NCBI GenBank assembly: GCA_965215885.1
Contig: CBDCEW010000103.1
Span: forward strand, 1 to 64,000
Direction: 5' to 3'
Source of the DNA: Candidatus Moanibacter sp.
GTDB lineage: Bacteria > Verrucomicrobiota > Verrucomicrobiia > Opitutales > UBA2987
DNA: 64,000 nucleotides
In this document: positions 30,342-41,176 of the stretch, in pieces
Position numbering within the stretch: the stretch's first letter is position 1
Layout: every line of letters starts with the position of its first letter
The notes under the pieces: model-generated
What the model saw: only the letters and a program-made list of their open reading frames with translations
What the model was told of the DNA's origin: nothing
Database searches by the model: none
Program-made: the position numbers and the translations under genes

Positions 30342-31811
30342 CTACTCCAAGTATGTCCCTTGACGAATTTCGGGTTTACCGGAAAGGCTGTTCCATTTGT
30401 CGACAAAAGCCCCCTCATCATCGGCAAAGAGCGGACTCACTTCAATTCGAATTGGAGGAACTCCGGACGCATCTGTCTCCAAAGGCTCACCTGCCGCAAT
30501 CAGCCAACCGGCCCAACGGCGGATCTGGCCCTCATAACAGGTCTTCGGCGAATCGACCCCAGAGGTATTCTTAAGCGGGCTGAATTCTTCCTCCCTCTGT
30601 GTCTCCATAACTACGGGGTTCTTAGCAAAGGGAAGCGCGTCGAATATAAAAGTTTCAAATTTGATACCATTGGGTTCTTCCGGAAATATAGAATTACCGA
30701 GTTCATCGCACACCATTACTTTCTTGTTGGCACGATGATAAGGAAGGCGCTCCACAGCATCACGCCCTCCCCCCATTCTCTCAACAAACTGGGCCGATAG
30801 CAAATGGATCGCGATGCTTCCTGAGCGATAGCGCAAATTTCCAGCCTCATCGCGTGCATGCGCCAAGGCATTTGGAAGGTCGCTGTATTCAACAACCGTT
30901 ATCCCACCATCCCGCAGGCAGAAGACTCCTACTCTTTCGTCGGGATAGGCCTTGGCTACCATCTTACTGGACATTTCAGAATCCGCTTGCAGATGGAATC
31001 CAATGAAGGCGGGATCGATCGGGCGAACAAGTGGATTGTCGACTTGAAAATAGCTGATGAAGTCAATCCCTCTCTGGTTCATTGTATCAACGGCACCACT
31101 GCCTACGAGAGCTCGCAAGGAGCCCCCGTGGCCCTCCGGGCTCATCGATATCGTGTCGGGAGCTTCCATCAGGATCTTTCCCTTAAAATCCACCGCCGGC
31201 ATCCTTCCCTGAGGGAAGAAATACAGGTCATCCCCAGATAGCCCAAAATACCTGTTCCTCTCAAAGAAATCCACTGTTTCGTCGTGATTCGACTCACTGG
31301 TCATGATAAACCAGGGAATTCGCACGCCATACCGAGTCGAGGAGGCCCTGATCCCCTCCGCGAATACTTGAAAAAGCGATTTTTGCTTCACGGGAGTAAT
31401 CCCGTAGGTGCCCTTCGGACCGGCAAACCCCAATCGAGTTCCCTGGCCTCCAGCTACCGTAAACGCCGCTACTCTCGCTGATCTAATGGCCTCTTCACCC
31501 AACCGCGATGCGGCCATCCAGTTCTGTTTCTCTTCAGCACTTCCTGGTTGCCCGATATACGGCGCCGGTTCAAGGCCCGCCGCCTCGAGACCCGAAATTG
31601 GCCTTTCCACCACCAGATTTCTTACCAATTCTTCGAGTTCCTCAAGGTGGATTTCGGATGCTTGATCGATCAGATGCCTTCGCTCAGCGGAGGTCATTGA
31701 ATTCCAAAATCGAAAAACCTGCCCTTGCCCGGCGCGGGCAAAAGCATCTCTCACCGATTCGAAATAAGTGGGGTCGCTCCCGGATTCCTTATTTTCCTGA
31801 GAGATCTTCAC
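30342..31811 (-). CDS. UDPGP type 1 family (UAP-like UDP-N-acetylhexosamine pyrophosphorylase)
   Basis: AGGQGTRLG..PKG, PEGHGG, VDNPL, VEYS, KFETFIFD. Confidence 0.88.
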   Translation of the reverse strand: MKISQENKESGSDPTYFESVRDAFARAGQGQVFRFWNSMTSAERRHLIDQASEIHLEELEELVRNLVVERPISGLEAAGLEPAPYIGQPGSAEEKQNWMAASRLGEEAIRSARVAAFTVAGGQGTRLGFAGPKGTYGITPVKQKSLFQVFAEGIRASSTRYGVRIPWFIMTSESNHDETVDFFERNRYFGLSGDDLYFFPQGRMPAVDFKGKILMEAPDTISMSPEGHGGSLRALVGSGAVDTMNQRGIDFISYFQVDNPLVRPIDPAFIGFHLQADSEMSSKMVAKAYPDERVGVFCLRDGGITVVEYSDLPNALAHARDEAGNLRYRSGSIAIHLLSAQFVERMGGGRDAVERLPYHRANKKVMVCDELGNSIFPEEPNGIKFETFIFDALPFAKNPVVMETQREEEFSPLKNTSGVDSPKTCYEGQIRRWAGWLIAAGEPLETDASGVPPIRIEVSPLFADDEGAFVDKWNSLSGKPEIRQGTYLE

Positions 31812-31830
31812 CGCAGGCTTAACTGCTTAT

Positions 31831-32145
31831 TCAATAGCCGCCTGCCAGCCCGTCGTCAAAGCGGAATACGAGCTCGTCTCTCCCTGCGTATCCCAATCGT
31901 TTCCTCACTACCCGCCCTAGATATTCCGAATCTTCAAGCATTGTGTTAAGGTAGTGATCCTTGACCCGAATCTCCTCTCTGATTTCGGCCACCCGTTCCT
32001 GGTAGATTCGCTCCCGCGCCTCAAGCGTATCATACTCTCGATGAGTTTTCCTATAGACCAAAACGAAAGACGCCAGAACGGTTACAAGGGTGCCCATAAG
32101 AAGCAAAACAAGAAGCCTGAGCATGGTAACGTTTATCATTGGCAA
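31831..32145 (-). CDS. ftsB: Septum formation initiator (FtsB/DivIC-like)
   Basis: TM helix, coiled coil, VVRKRLGY..ELVFRF. Confidence 0.7.
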   Translation of the reverse strand: MPMINVTMLRLLVLLLMGTLVTVLASFVLVYRKTHREYDTLEARERIYQERVAEIREEIRVKDHYLNTMLEDSEYLGRVVRKRLGYAGRDELVFRFDDGLAGGY

Positions 32146-32204
32146 ATCTGATTTCTGTGGTATGTCATAAACAGATTTTCAGGATTTGAAAAGAAAAAAA
32201 CATT

Positions 32205-33688
32205 GGCCTCGTCAGCAGAATCTGTGGGTTATTTCGGGTTCAGGCAAGTCGCCCATGGTATGAAATAGGGCGATCTTAAGCACTTCGAAGCTCTTAAAGC
32301 CGTATGCTTTTCTGATAGTGAGATTTATATTGCGGTTAAAGCCCTCCACAATGCCGCAGGAAAAGGCCTTTTTGGCCCGAAACCAGTTGAGGATGAGCGG
32401 CTCGTGTTTGCGCACCGAGCGCACGAACCTTTTGATCGGTTTGAGGCGCGAACGCATGGCGCGCGTGCACCATTTTTTCAGATACCATTGGGCCCAGTAG
32501 GGACTTTTATAATGCCACAAGAGCTGAAAGCTCTCCTTTAGTAGATAGGCCCGCACGCTCTTCAGATCGTATTGGAGCACCTCCTTGAGGCGGATCTGTT
32601 GGGTGGGGGTGAGATTTTGCGGATTTTTCAAGAAACAGTATTTGCTTTTGACCAGCACGTTGATGTAGCCGTCCCGTTGCAATCGCCTGGCTTCCGCAGC
32701 ACGAATCTCATTGAGGGCCTTGTTCAGGTTGGCTACCAAGTGGAAGCGATCGAGGATGTGCAGCGCCTGGGGTGCCTTTTTCTTGATCACTTTGAGGTAA
32801 GGCTTCCACAGATCCGAGCAGACGTAGAGGATCTGGCTGCTCTTTTGCGCTCCCAATTCCCAGAAAAAACGCAAGAGCGATTTTACGTTGCGCTTATTGA
32901 ATACGCCCAATAGCCGCCGCCGCCCCTCGTCAAGCTGGTAGACCACGGTGAGATAGTGATGGCCTCGATGATACTGCACCTCATCGACTCCGATCGCCTC
33001 AATCCCGCTCATATCGCGCCGTTTGAGCCCCCAACGCACCATCGCCTCGACCGACTCGAAGACGTTGCGCCAGTTCGTGCGAAAAACCCTTGCCGTCTCT
33101 TCCCAGCTCAAGCGCCTCGCCCACTGGGCCAGAAACCATTGCATTGGCCAACTCAGATGACTCTTGCCCTTGGCCCAGGGCACCTCTTCGACCTTCACCC
33201 CGCACCGCCGGCAATTGACCCGCCGCATGCGGTAACGAAAATACACCTTCATCCCCCACAAGGGCACAAATTCAAAATGCCTCGCCTCGCTCATGTGGTC
33301 GTAGCCGCTGGCCGTCCGGCCACACCCCGAACAGCACACCCGACTATTCTTGCGCGGCTCAATCTGCACCACAATCGCCTCCTCCGATTTCACCATTTCC
33401 ATACTCGCCTTTGCGTAAACAAAGCTCTTGAGCCAATAGCACCGATTCAGTAGCGTTTTGATGAGCACTGGGTCCTCCGTGTTCAGGATGTATTTTCGGT
33501 ACTACTTTCATCCTCGGAACGGCCCGGTGCTTCAACCTTTCAATCCCATATGCAAAGAAAACACCGACCAGCCCCTCCGGCTGTGGAGGAGCGGGATTCA
33601 GGGCAGCGCCCTGACTTCTCCTTGTGCTCACCGACTCTATTTCCTCTTGTAAGCGACGTTACCCACCCACAGATTCTGCTGTAGACCC
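32205..33688 (-). mobile_element. ISL3-family insertion sequence
   Basis: IRs sharing CAGCAGAATCTGTGGGT with GG termini; no target duplication seen. Confidence 0.9.
32212..33468 (-). CDS. ISL3 transposase
   Basis: CSGC/CRRC zinc finger, IGVDE, CSDLW, DRFH, VEGFN. Confidence 0.93.
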   Translation of the reverse strand: MLIKTLLNRCYWLKSFVYAKASMEMVKSEEAIVVQIEPRKNSRVCCSGCGRTASGYDHMSEARHFEFVPLWGMKVYFRYRMRRVNCRRCGVKVEEVPWAKGKSHLSWPMQWFLAQWARRLSWEETARVFRTNWRNVFESVEAMVRWGLKRRDMSGIEAIGVDEVQYHRGHHYLTVVYQLDEGRRRLLGVFNKRNVKSLLRFFWELGAQKSSQILYVCSDLWKPYLKVIKKKAPQALHILDRFHLVANLNKALNEIRAAEARRLQRDGYINVLVKSKYCFLKNPQNLTPTQQIRLKEVLQYDLKSVRAYLLKESFQLLWHYKSPYWAQWYLKKWCTRAMRSRLKPIKRFVRSVRKHEPLILNWFRAKKAFSCGIVEGFNRNINLTIRKAYGFKSFEVLKIALFHTMGDLPEPEITHRFC

Positions 33689-33792
33689 ATCAATAATATA
33701 TGTGACAAGGCCCTGCTTTCTTCTTTTATTAGATCTTCTGATGTAGTCACATTTTGGGATGTGCGGCGGGCCGTGCAGGAGCTGAAACTCAA

Positions 33793-34641
33793 ATGAGCCT
33801 CATAAACGAAGCCCTAAAGAAAGCGCAGCAAGAGCGCGCCGGGGTTGAAATGGCTCCACCTGAGGGAGGACAAGGTCATGCGGATTCTTCCGCCGTAGGC
33901 CCCGGCGGATTTTTTAAGATGATTTGCATCGCCGTGTTCGTGGCCATCGTATTCGGTGGAGCCGTAGCGTTCCTGGTTGTGGGAATGCTCGGCGGAGACG
34001 ACGATGCTGCTACCGCTCAGGTAGCTTCTTCGACAACCCAGGATCTACCGTCTACCTCCCCGCCGGAAGAGGGACAGTCGGCCGCTCCTCTGCCTTCCAT
34101 TTCGTATAAGCCTTCTGAACCGGCGCGCCCAGAACCTCGGGTCGAGCCCGAACCACCGCCTGCCGAGCCGGCACCGAAAAAGACGATCCTGGGAAAAGTT
34201 AGGCAGGTCGTCGCGACCGGAAATGAGAACATGGAGAACGTCAACGATGTATTGGAGAGTGTTGAGCAATCGCAGAGAGCGCCTGAATCCAAGCCACCGC
34301 AGATCTCCACCCCACCACCTCGCCCGGCAGTTGCACCGAAGCCCAAACCAACTTTAGCAGCCACCACGCCGAGGAGAAGCCAACCGACACCACCAGCTCG
34401 AAAATCGAGGCCAAGAAACGTGTCAGCTGAACCCGACCCCGCCATACTGGCCTACGTTGAGGCCTTAACAATTAAAGGAATAAAGCTGGCGGGAAATAGT
34501 AGCAAAGTCCTGATGGAGAACAAAGTATACCGCCTCAATTCCATTGTAAACCACGAGTTTAGACTGAGAGTTCTCGAGATCAAACCACAACAGATCATAT
34601 TCGTCGGCTATGACGGAGTCAAATACACCAAGTTCTTCTAA
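33793..34641 (+). CDS. GspB/ExeB-like membrane protein
   Basis: MSLINEALKKAQ N-terminus, one TM, Pro-rich linker, small C-terminal beta domain. Confidence 0.55.
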   Translation: MSLINEALKKAQQERAGVEMAPPEGGQGHADSSAVGPGGFFKMICIAVFVAIVFGGAVAFLVVGMLGGDDDAATAQVASSTTQDLPSTSPPEEGQSAAPLPSISYKPSEPARPEPRVEPEPPPAEPAPKKTILGKVRQVVATGNENMENVNDVLESVEQSQRAPESKPPQISTPPPRPAVAPKPKPTLAATTPRRSQPTPPARKSRPRNVSAEPDPAILAYVEALTIKGIKLAGNSSKVLMENKVYRLNSIVNHEFRLRVLEIKPQQIIFVGYDGVKYTKFF

Positions 34642-35963
34642 TCAGCAGCCTGAGGATTCAGGAGAGGCTTCGGGCGGCGAAAGCAGTCCCCCAAAACGGC
34701 GCCTTTCTCTTCGCAGGGAAGAGTCTCCGGCCGAACCTGAAGAAGGGCAGCGGCAGGAGTCAATTGGCGAGGAATCCGAATCAAAGCAATCGGCTGAGGA
34801 ACCGCACGCCACCGGTGATACAGATTCTGCCGATACCTCCACAGAAGATCCTCCCGCGAAAAAGATATCAATGAGGCTACCTCCCAAAGAGCAAGTCGAG
34901 GAGCCCTCCGCCGAGGGAGAGGTCGATCCGGGAGCCTGGGACGTCGAACCGCAGCCCATCCAATCAGAATCCGGTCCCTCTCTTTCTTTAAAGAAGAAAC
35001 CTGCCGAAGCAGAGACTGCACCGGAGACGGTTGAGGGCATAGGACAAGAGGAATCGCCCGCCGAAGGAACGCCTGCCGGCGAGCAGGGTTCTGAGGAAGC
35101 TTCTCCTGATTCCTCACCATCTAAAGGACCTCCGGTCAAGATAAGAGGTCTCAGTAAAAAGCCGTTTGCCGACTCCGGTGCAACGAAAATCCCAGTCGAT
35201 AAACCAGAAGTTGCGAAGATCGAAAGTCCCGTCACCGCGCCTCCTGTCACTGTTCAAAAATCGGAAGAGCCTACAGCGAAAGCACCCACCCCCACCGCCT
35301 CCAAAAATACCGGTCCCTGCAACAGGAATTCCCTCCGACCAGAAAGCTCCTCCTTCACCTCCTCCTAAGGGCCAAACAAGATCTTCCCTACCCGACCTCC
35401 CGCCTGTGGTAGCGTTCGCTGAACCGGAAGAGAAATCCGGAACATCCAAGGGAGGACTGGGCTTTGTGGTAGGTGTGCTTGTCCTGGTTGTCATAGCCGT
35501 CGTCGCTGTCTTCCTTCTCCTAAAGTTATTCCGACCGGAGGGTGCGGAGATTGCCGCCGATGAATTGCAGACAGCGGCTGAAGAAAATCAATTGGAAGAA
35601 ACTGGTGCGAGCGGGACCGAGTTCGGTGCAACGCAAGTTACCGATGAATCGAAAGAGATAAGCGTAGCCGATTCCGATCTTGCAGAAGAGGAGGTTCAAC
35701 TCGCGGTGAGTGAGCCGACTGTTCCTGAGCAGCCGACAGGGCCGGTTAGAGATCCCATCGTGGCCGCTTTTATCGATACCATGGTTATTAGCGCAGTCAG
35801 AGACAGTGGTTCGTCGCCCATCGTCATGATCGACCAATCGATCCACCGGTTAAACCAGGTAGTTAATCAGGAACTCGACGTGCGTTTCGTAGGTATCAAC
35901 CCACAGATTTCCGAATTGGTCTTCGAAGACGCCAACGGATACATTTACTACAAGCCCTACTGA
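34610..35963 (+). CDS. Paralogous membrane protein with a long acidic disordered N-terminus; frameshift near 35290
   Basis: ORFs 34610 and 35166 join in a C-rich tract; C-terminal domain resembles that of 33793-34641. Confidence 0.6.
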
Positions 35964-35968
35964 GAAGG

Positions 35969-37828
35969 CTATTCCAGGTATGGCTCATATTCCGGAACAA
36001 ACTCTTTAAGAGTCTCTTTAAGCTGTTCCGATTTCGTGCCATTTAAGGCATCTGGCAACATCTCGAAGAATTGATCTACTGCATCATTCGGCCTGGCTTC
36101 GCTGAGTAAACGCGAGATCCGCGGATGCGCAGTCTCTTCGAGGGTCTCTCCCCCATGCTGCACCTCCTCATACAGTTTCTCCCCGGGGCGCAGCCCGATA
36201 TACTCGATCTCAATATCAACCTCAGGGCGAAATCCACTCAATTCGATCATCTGGCGAGCGAGGTCCACAATCTTGACCTGACTCCCCATATCCAGAACAA
36301 AGATCTCGCCCCCTGAACCCTGGGTCGCGCTCTGCAGAACAAGCCCAACCGCTTCCGTGACAGTCATGAAATAGCGGCTGACTTCGGGATGTGTCACCGT
36401 CACCGGTCCACCCCGCGTGATCTGTTTTCGAAAAATGGGAACAACGCTTCCCGATGATCCCAATACGTTGCCGAACCGAACCGCCATGAATCGCGTGCTG
36501 TTTGGCGATTCCATCTGCTTACTTTGAATGTAAATCTCCGCGAGGCGTTTGCTCGCGCCCATTACGCTCGTCGGATTAATCGCTTTGTCGGTAGAGATGA
36601 ATACAAACCGTTCCACGGCAAATTCACTCGCCAGGTCGGCGAGACCTCGAGTGCCAAGGGTGTTGTTTTTGACGACTTCCGCGGGTTGCCTCTCGGTCAG
36701 ATAGACATGCTTATGGGCGGCGGCGTGAAATACTATTTCGGGTTCAAATTCCTCAAAAATCGCGTGTATCCTCGCCTCATCCAAAACGTCCGCCAGTAAA
36801 GCATTAATCCCCTTTTCATATCCCTCTTCCAGAAGTTGCTGTTCGATTTGAAACAGCTGAATCTCGGACTGCTCCACGAGTATGAGTTGCCTGGGATTGC
36901 GAAACGCGATCTGCCGGCAGAGTTCGCCTCCGATACTTCCACCGGCGCCGGTCACCATGACGACTTTCCCAACCAACATCTCCTCAATATTCTTCGAATC
37001 CAGTTCCACCGGATCGCGACCAAGTATATCTTCAATTTCCACCGGCCGTACCCGGTTAGCTTTCACTTTCCCGGTCGTCAACTCGGCCAAAGAGGGAACG
37101 ATCTCGGTTTCCAGACCGATCGCGTTCGCCGCATCAGTAACCTCCCGTATACGTCGCGTTGATGCCGAGGGCAGCGCAATGATTATCGCTTCAATAGCAT
37201 ATCTGTTCCTTACATCGGCCAGATCGTCCGGTCCGCCGGCAACCAGTATTCCGTGTATCGTCTTTTTCCATTTGCTTTTATCGTCGTCGAGAAAAACGAC
37301 TGGACTCATGCCTAGACCGCGCCGACTAAGCAGATCTGCCGCTACACTGGCGCCTGCATCTCCTGCGCCAAGAACTGCTACGCGGCGCCGCCTGAGTTCC
37401 CGCCCCCCCCCGCTCGCGGATAGGAAGCGCTCCCGCGCCACTCGAAGACCTACCCTGAAACCACAGATAAGCATGAGCGAAAAGATAAGATCGCCCAGGA
37501 TCACGCTGCGGGGAGGCCAATTTCGCCCTTCCAGAAAATACCAGAGGTAGACCAGGATCAAACTGCCCGAAAACAGTGCCCCGAAGAGACGATAGAGATC
37601 GGGAAGTCTGAAAAAACTAAGAAGCCCGCCAAACTGGCCAAACGCATACAAGAGAAAGAGCTGAAAGGGCACCACCCAGATCAAATTTGAGTAAAGCAGC
37701 CTCAAGTAACGGTCTGGAATAAAAAAATCGAACCGTAGAAGAAAGGCTATCCACAGACTTAGGGAGAGGATCGCGGTATAGGCCAGAAAGAGAATGAGTG
37801 ACCTCGCCGGATAGAGAATTCTAATCAT
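35969..37828 (-). CDS. Polysaccharide biosynthesis nucleotide-sugar dehydratase (CapD/WbpM/PglF-like)
   Basis: 4 TM, GAGDAG, TGAGGSIG, HAAAHKHV, STDKA, RFGNVLGSSGSV. Confidence 0.92.
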   Translation of the reverse strand: MIRILYPARSLILFLAYTAILSLSLWIAFLLRFDFFIPDRYLRLLYSNLIWVVPFQLFLLYAFGQFGGLLSFFRLPDLYRLFGALFSGSLILVYLWYFLEGRNWPPRSVILGDLIFSLMLICGFRVGLRVARERFLSASGGGRELRRRRVAVLGAGDAGASVAADLLSRRGLGMSPVVFLDDDKSKWKKTIHGILVAGGPDDLADVRNRYAIEAIIIALPSASTRRIREVTDAANAIGLETEIVPSLAELTTGKVKANRVRPVEIEDILGRDPVELDSKNIEEMLVGKVVMVTGAGGSIGGELCRQIAFRNPRQLILVEQSEIQLFQIEQQLLEEGYEKGINALLADVLDEARIHAIFEEFEPEIVFHAAAHKHVYLTERQPAEVVKNNTLGTRGLADLASEFAVERFVFISTDKAINPTSVMGASKRLAEIYIQSKQMESPNSTRFMAVRFGNVLGSSGSVVPIFRKQITRGGPVTVTHPEVSRYFMTVTEAVGLVLQSATQGSGGEIFVLDMGSQVKIVDLARQMIELSGFRPEVDIEIEYIGLRPGEKLYEEVQHGGETLEETAHPRISRLLSEARPNDAVDQFFEMLPDALNGTKSEQLKETLKEFVPEYEPYLE

Positions 37829-37857
37829 CGAGAATCTAATATTATCCCACTGTGGAG

Positions 37858-38913
37858 CTAGTATCGTGAGCTCTTTGCGCACCTCCGCTCACGATTAATT
37901 GTAATTCCCCACAATCCGCAAGCAAGCAGGACAAGGGCAACCGCAATCGATTCGAGTCTAATTGACATTCCAAACATCCACAAGAACCCAAGTAACATTC
38001 CACATAGGGTGAACACCGTGTAAATCAGGCTTACTGTCTGGTGACTGTACCCGGAAAGCACGAGGCGCTGGTATAGGTGAGACCGGTGAGCGGTGAATAC
38101 ATTCTCCTTTCGAAACAGTCTGCGAAGAAAAGTGAAACTCCCATCGAAAAGAAATGGCCAGGTTAGAATAACGGAGAATACCACAAACCGCCACTCCGAT
38201 CCGGACCCAAAATCGGAGGCTACCATAAAGGGAACTACAGCCCAGGAGAATCCGAGAAAAGTGCTGCCTACGTCTCCCATAAAAATGCGCGCCGGCGGCC
38301 AGTTATGGATTAGAAAACCAAGCGAAGAACCGGCTAACAGCCAACCCATCAACATTGCCACACGCGAGTCCAGGGCATAACCCACGGCGAACCAGCTCAC
38401 CGCGGTCAGGAATCCATGGCTTCCGGCGATTCCATCGATTCCATCCATGAAATTGTAGACGTTGGTTAACCCCACGATCCAGATAAGCGTTACCATGGCA
38501 CCCACTAGGCCGATGTCCAAACTTACTACCCCGGGGAGCGTTACTACTCGCAGATACCCCACATGGAGTATCATTACCAGGGAGATGCTTGTGTGTACCA
38601 ACAAACGAAGCGCGCTGGAAACGGTTTTGAAATCATCCATCAAGCTGACTGCAGCCAAAGCAAACGAACATCCCAAATAAATGCCCAGAGACGCCGCCGG
38701 TAAATCCGAGTATATCGGAAGAGAGATTCCGATTCCTCCCAGCGTGACTACCACGATAGTCAAACCTCCCCCTCCCGGCGTGACTTCACTATGCAAGCTG
38801 CGCGCGTCAGGAACAACAACAATGCGAGCACGCCCCGCAAATTGATACAGCCCCGCCGTAAGCAAATATGAGAGAATTACCAGACCCAACCCCGTTGGCA
38901 CAAGTATGTTCAT
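37858..38913 (-). CDS. Polyprenyl-phosphate sugar-1-phosphate transferase (WecA/WbpL, Glycos_transf_4)
   Basis: NFMDGIDG, IFMGDVGS, HRSHLYQ. Confidence 0.9.
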   Translation of the reverse strand: MNILVPTGLGLVILSYLLTAGLYQFAGRARIVVVPDARSLHSEVTPGGGGLTIVVVTLGGIGISLPIYSDLPAASLGIYLGCSFALAAVSLMDDFKTVSSALRLLVHTSISLVMILHVGYLRVVTLPGVVSLDIGLVGAMVTLIWIVGLTNVYNFMDGIDGIAGSHGFLTAVSWFAVGYALDSRVAMLMGWLLAGSSLGFLIHNWPPARIFMGDVGSTFLGFSWAVVPFMVASDFGSGSEWRFVVFSVILTWPFLFDGSFTFLRRLFRKENVFTAHRSHLYQRLVLSGYSHQTVSLIYTVFTLCGMLLGFLWMFGMSIRLESIAVALVLLACGLWGITINRERRCAKSSRY

Positions 38914-39914
38914 GTTCGGAATTCCGGCTGATTCCTAACCGCATCTCGAAGTCCTTCATCAACGCTGAATGGAGGCTTCCAATCCAAAACATCCTCTACT
39001 TTGCTACAATCAATACTTAGAGACCCACAAAGCCTCTCCAGTGAATAGCTGTCCAGCCCAATCGATCCGCCACTGAGGGTTTGCATCAAGTCGCCCCCCC
39101 GTGCCAACGCCTTCAAAAAGGTTGTGGGAAACGGCGCTAACCATACCCTGCGCCCGGATTGACTGCCCAGCCGGGAGATCAGCTCGGGAGTCGAAAGGTC
39201 TTCCCCATCACTGGCACAGAAAATCTGCCTTGAAGCGCTGCCGTGTTCCAGAACAACCTCGATTAGATCCACTAGATTCCCCACATAAATGAAGCTGCGG
39301 CGGTTCCGAACGGAACCAAACGGCAGGGGAAACGGAAGTTTCATCAGCTTGAGCAAACGCGCCATGTTTCCCGGATTTCCGAATCCGTAGACAAGCGGCG
39401 CCCGGATTATACACCAATCCGGAGATCCCGCCTCGAGAAAGCCAACAATCTCTCTTTCCGCGGATAGCTTGCTCTTTCCATACGGGGTATCAGCGGCGCA
39501 CCGGCTACCCTCATGGACCGGCTCCTCAGACGAAGAGCACACCGCCCCAATCGAGCTGAGAAACACGAACCGGCCTAACACTTCCGCCTCCCTCATTCCA
39601 TCCAGCAGTGACCGTGTTCCCAACACGTTGACCCGCATGTAATCGTCTTCGCTCGGACCATTTCGGAAATCGAGTTTGTGTGCCAGGGCCGCCAGATGCA
39701 CGACATGCGTAATCCCATCGAGCGCAGCCTTCCACTCGGTATGTGGGCCATATTCACCGGTTTCGACCCATTCGATCTCAACCGGGAAATCCTGCGGTGG
39801 CGGGAAACGGCGGCGTGCCCCCCGCACTCGCCAGCCGGACGCAGCCAGCATCCCACAGAGATGCCGGCCCACGAAACCGCTTGCACCAGTTACAAGAACT
39901 CTGTTCACCGCCAC
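38910..39914 (-). CDS. NAD-dependent epimerase/dehydratase
   Basis: TGASGFVG, YGKSK. Confidence 0.9.
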   Translation of the reverse strand: MAVNRVLVTGASGFVGRHLCGMLAASGWRVRGARRRFPPPQDFPVEIEWVETGEYGPHTEWKAALDGITHVVHLAALAHKLDFRNGPSEDDYMRVNVLGTRSLLDGMREAEVLGRFVFLSSIGAVCSSSEEPVHEGSRCAADTPYGKSKLSAEREIVGFLEAGSPDWCIIRAPLVYGFGNPGNMARLLKLMKLPFPLPFGSVRNRRSFIYVGNLVDLIEVVLEHGSASRQIFCASDGEDLSTPELISRLGSQSGRRVWLAPFPTTFLKALARGGDLMQTLSGGSIGLDSYSLERLCGSLSIDCSKVEDVLDWKPPFSVDEGLRDAVRNQPEFRT

Positions 39915-41176
39915 TGTTGAACCGCTTTCTGAAGACAGGTCAGCGTGTTCTTCGCCTGCTTTTCGCGCGAAAAATTCGGTGCCGCTTTCAGACTGTTCTG
40001 TGAAAGCATTTCACGATATACTGGATCATCTCGAAGCTCTAGGATCGCTTTCGCAAGGGCAGGGGGGTTGGCAGGGGGCACAACAACACCGGCAGCGTGC
40101 TCTTTTATCAAAGCAGATCCTGCTCCTTCGGGACAAACATAGACAATTGGTAATCTCATTGCCATCGATTCGAATATTTTCGACGGCAATATTGTCGCGA
40201 AATTCGGATGGTTGCGTTGATGGATCAACGAGAGATCACAGACGCTCCAGAAACCGGGCATTTCCTCATGAAGCTGCCTTGGAGCAAAAACGACGTTTCC
40301 CAGTCCCCGGGCGGAGACTTCCTCTTCTAACGCTTCCTTAGCGGCGCCTACACCTACAAAAAAGAAGCTCACGTCTGTGCCGCGCAATATCTCGGCTGTC
40401 TCTATCACATTTTCGAGTCCTTGGGCTAACCCGATCGTTCCTAAGTGTCCGACTACAAATCTCCCCCCCAATCCATATTTCTCAAGCACCTCTTCATCTA
40501 TACCCATCGGCGAAAAAAGTCGCAGATCAGTGCCGTTTATTGCCAGATCGATCTTTTCCGAGGGAACACCCCGCGATTTCAGATCAACGTTAAAGGCGGG
40601 CGAAAGCGTCAAAATCCTCGTCGAACTACCGTAATACCACAGCTCGAGCTTTTCCAATAGATCGTATATCTTGCCGCGTTTCAACACTTCCGTGGATTCG
40701 ATCGCCGCGGGCCAAAGATCTCTAACTTCAACGACATGGGGAACACGCCTGAAATGAGCAAAAGACAGTCCGGACAATGGCACTAGAAGGTGCGGAGACG
40801 TGGAAATGACCACATTCGGCCTGTCTTCAAAGATTGCATTGATAAACGACGATACGACGTAAGAGGCGTAATCGAGTGTTCTAAGGAGAATTCCTTTGTT
40901 TTCGAATATGAAAGTAAATACTCTAACGACGCGTACACCATCCATGTTCTCAACCGCACGCAGTCTATTACTGTACCCGTCGTACACTTTCCCTTCAGGG
41001 AAATTCGGCGCGCTGCAGATTACGGTTACTTCGTGCCCCTGCTCGACCCAGATCCGACACCGCTCATAGACATGAGCGGCCGGCGCGCTGGGTTCCGGCC
41101 TGAAGTGATCCGTAAAAAACATTATCTTCACATCACTCCGTAACTTAAGCTGTGAGCACGGGAACGCGCCAATCAA
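39905..41176 (-). CDS. Glycosyltransferase family 4 (WbuB-like)
   Basis: FRPE, PNFPEG, EVRDLWP, PSKIFESMA. Confidence 0.88.
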   Translation of the reverse strand: MIGAFPCSQLKLRSDVKIMFFTDHFRPEPSAPAAHVYERCRIWVEQGHEVTVICSAPNFPEGKVYDGYSNRLRAVENMDGVRVVRVFTFIFENKGILLRTLDYASYVVSSFINAIFEDRPNVVISTSPHLLVPLSGLSFAHFRRVPHVVEVRDLWPAAIESTEVLKRGKIYDLLEKLELWYYGSSTRILTLSPAFNVDLKSRGVPSEKIDLAINGTDLRLFSPMGIDEEVLEKYGLGGRFVVGHLGTIGLAQGLENVIETAEILRGTDVSFFFVGVGAAKEALEEEVSARGLGNVVFAPRQLHEEMPGFWSVCDLSLIHQRNHPNFATILPSKIFESMAMRLPIVYVCPEGAGSALIKEHAAGVVVPPANPPALAKAILELRDDPVYREMLSQNSLKAAPNFSREKQAKNTLTCLQKAVQQWR

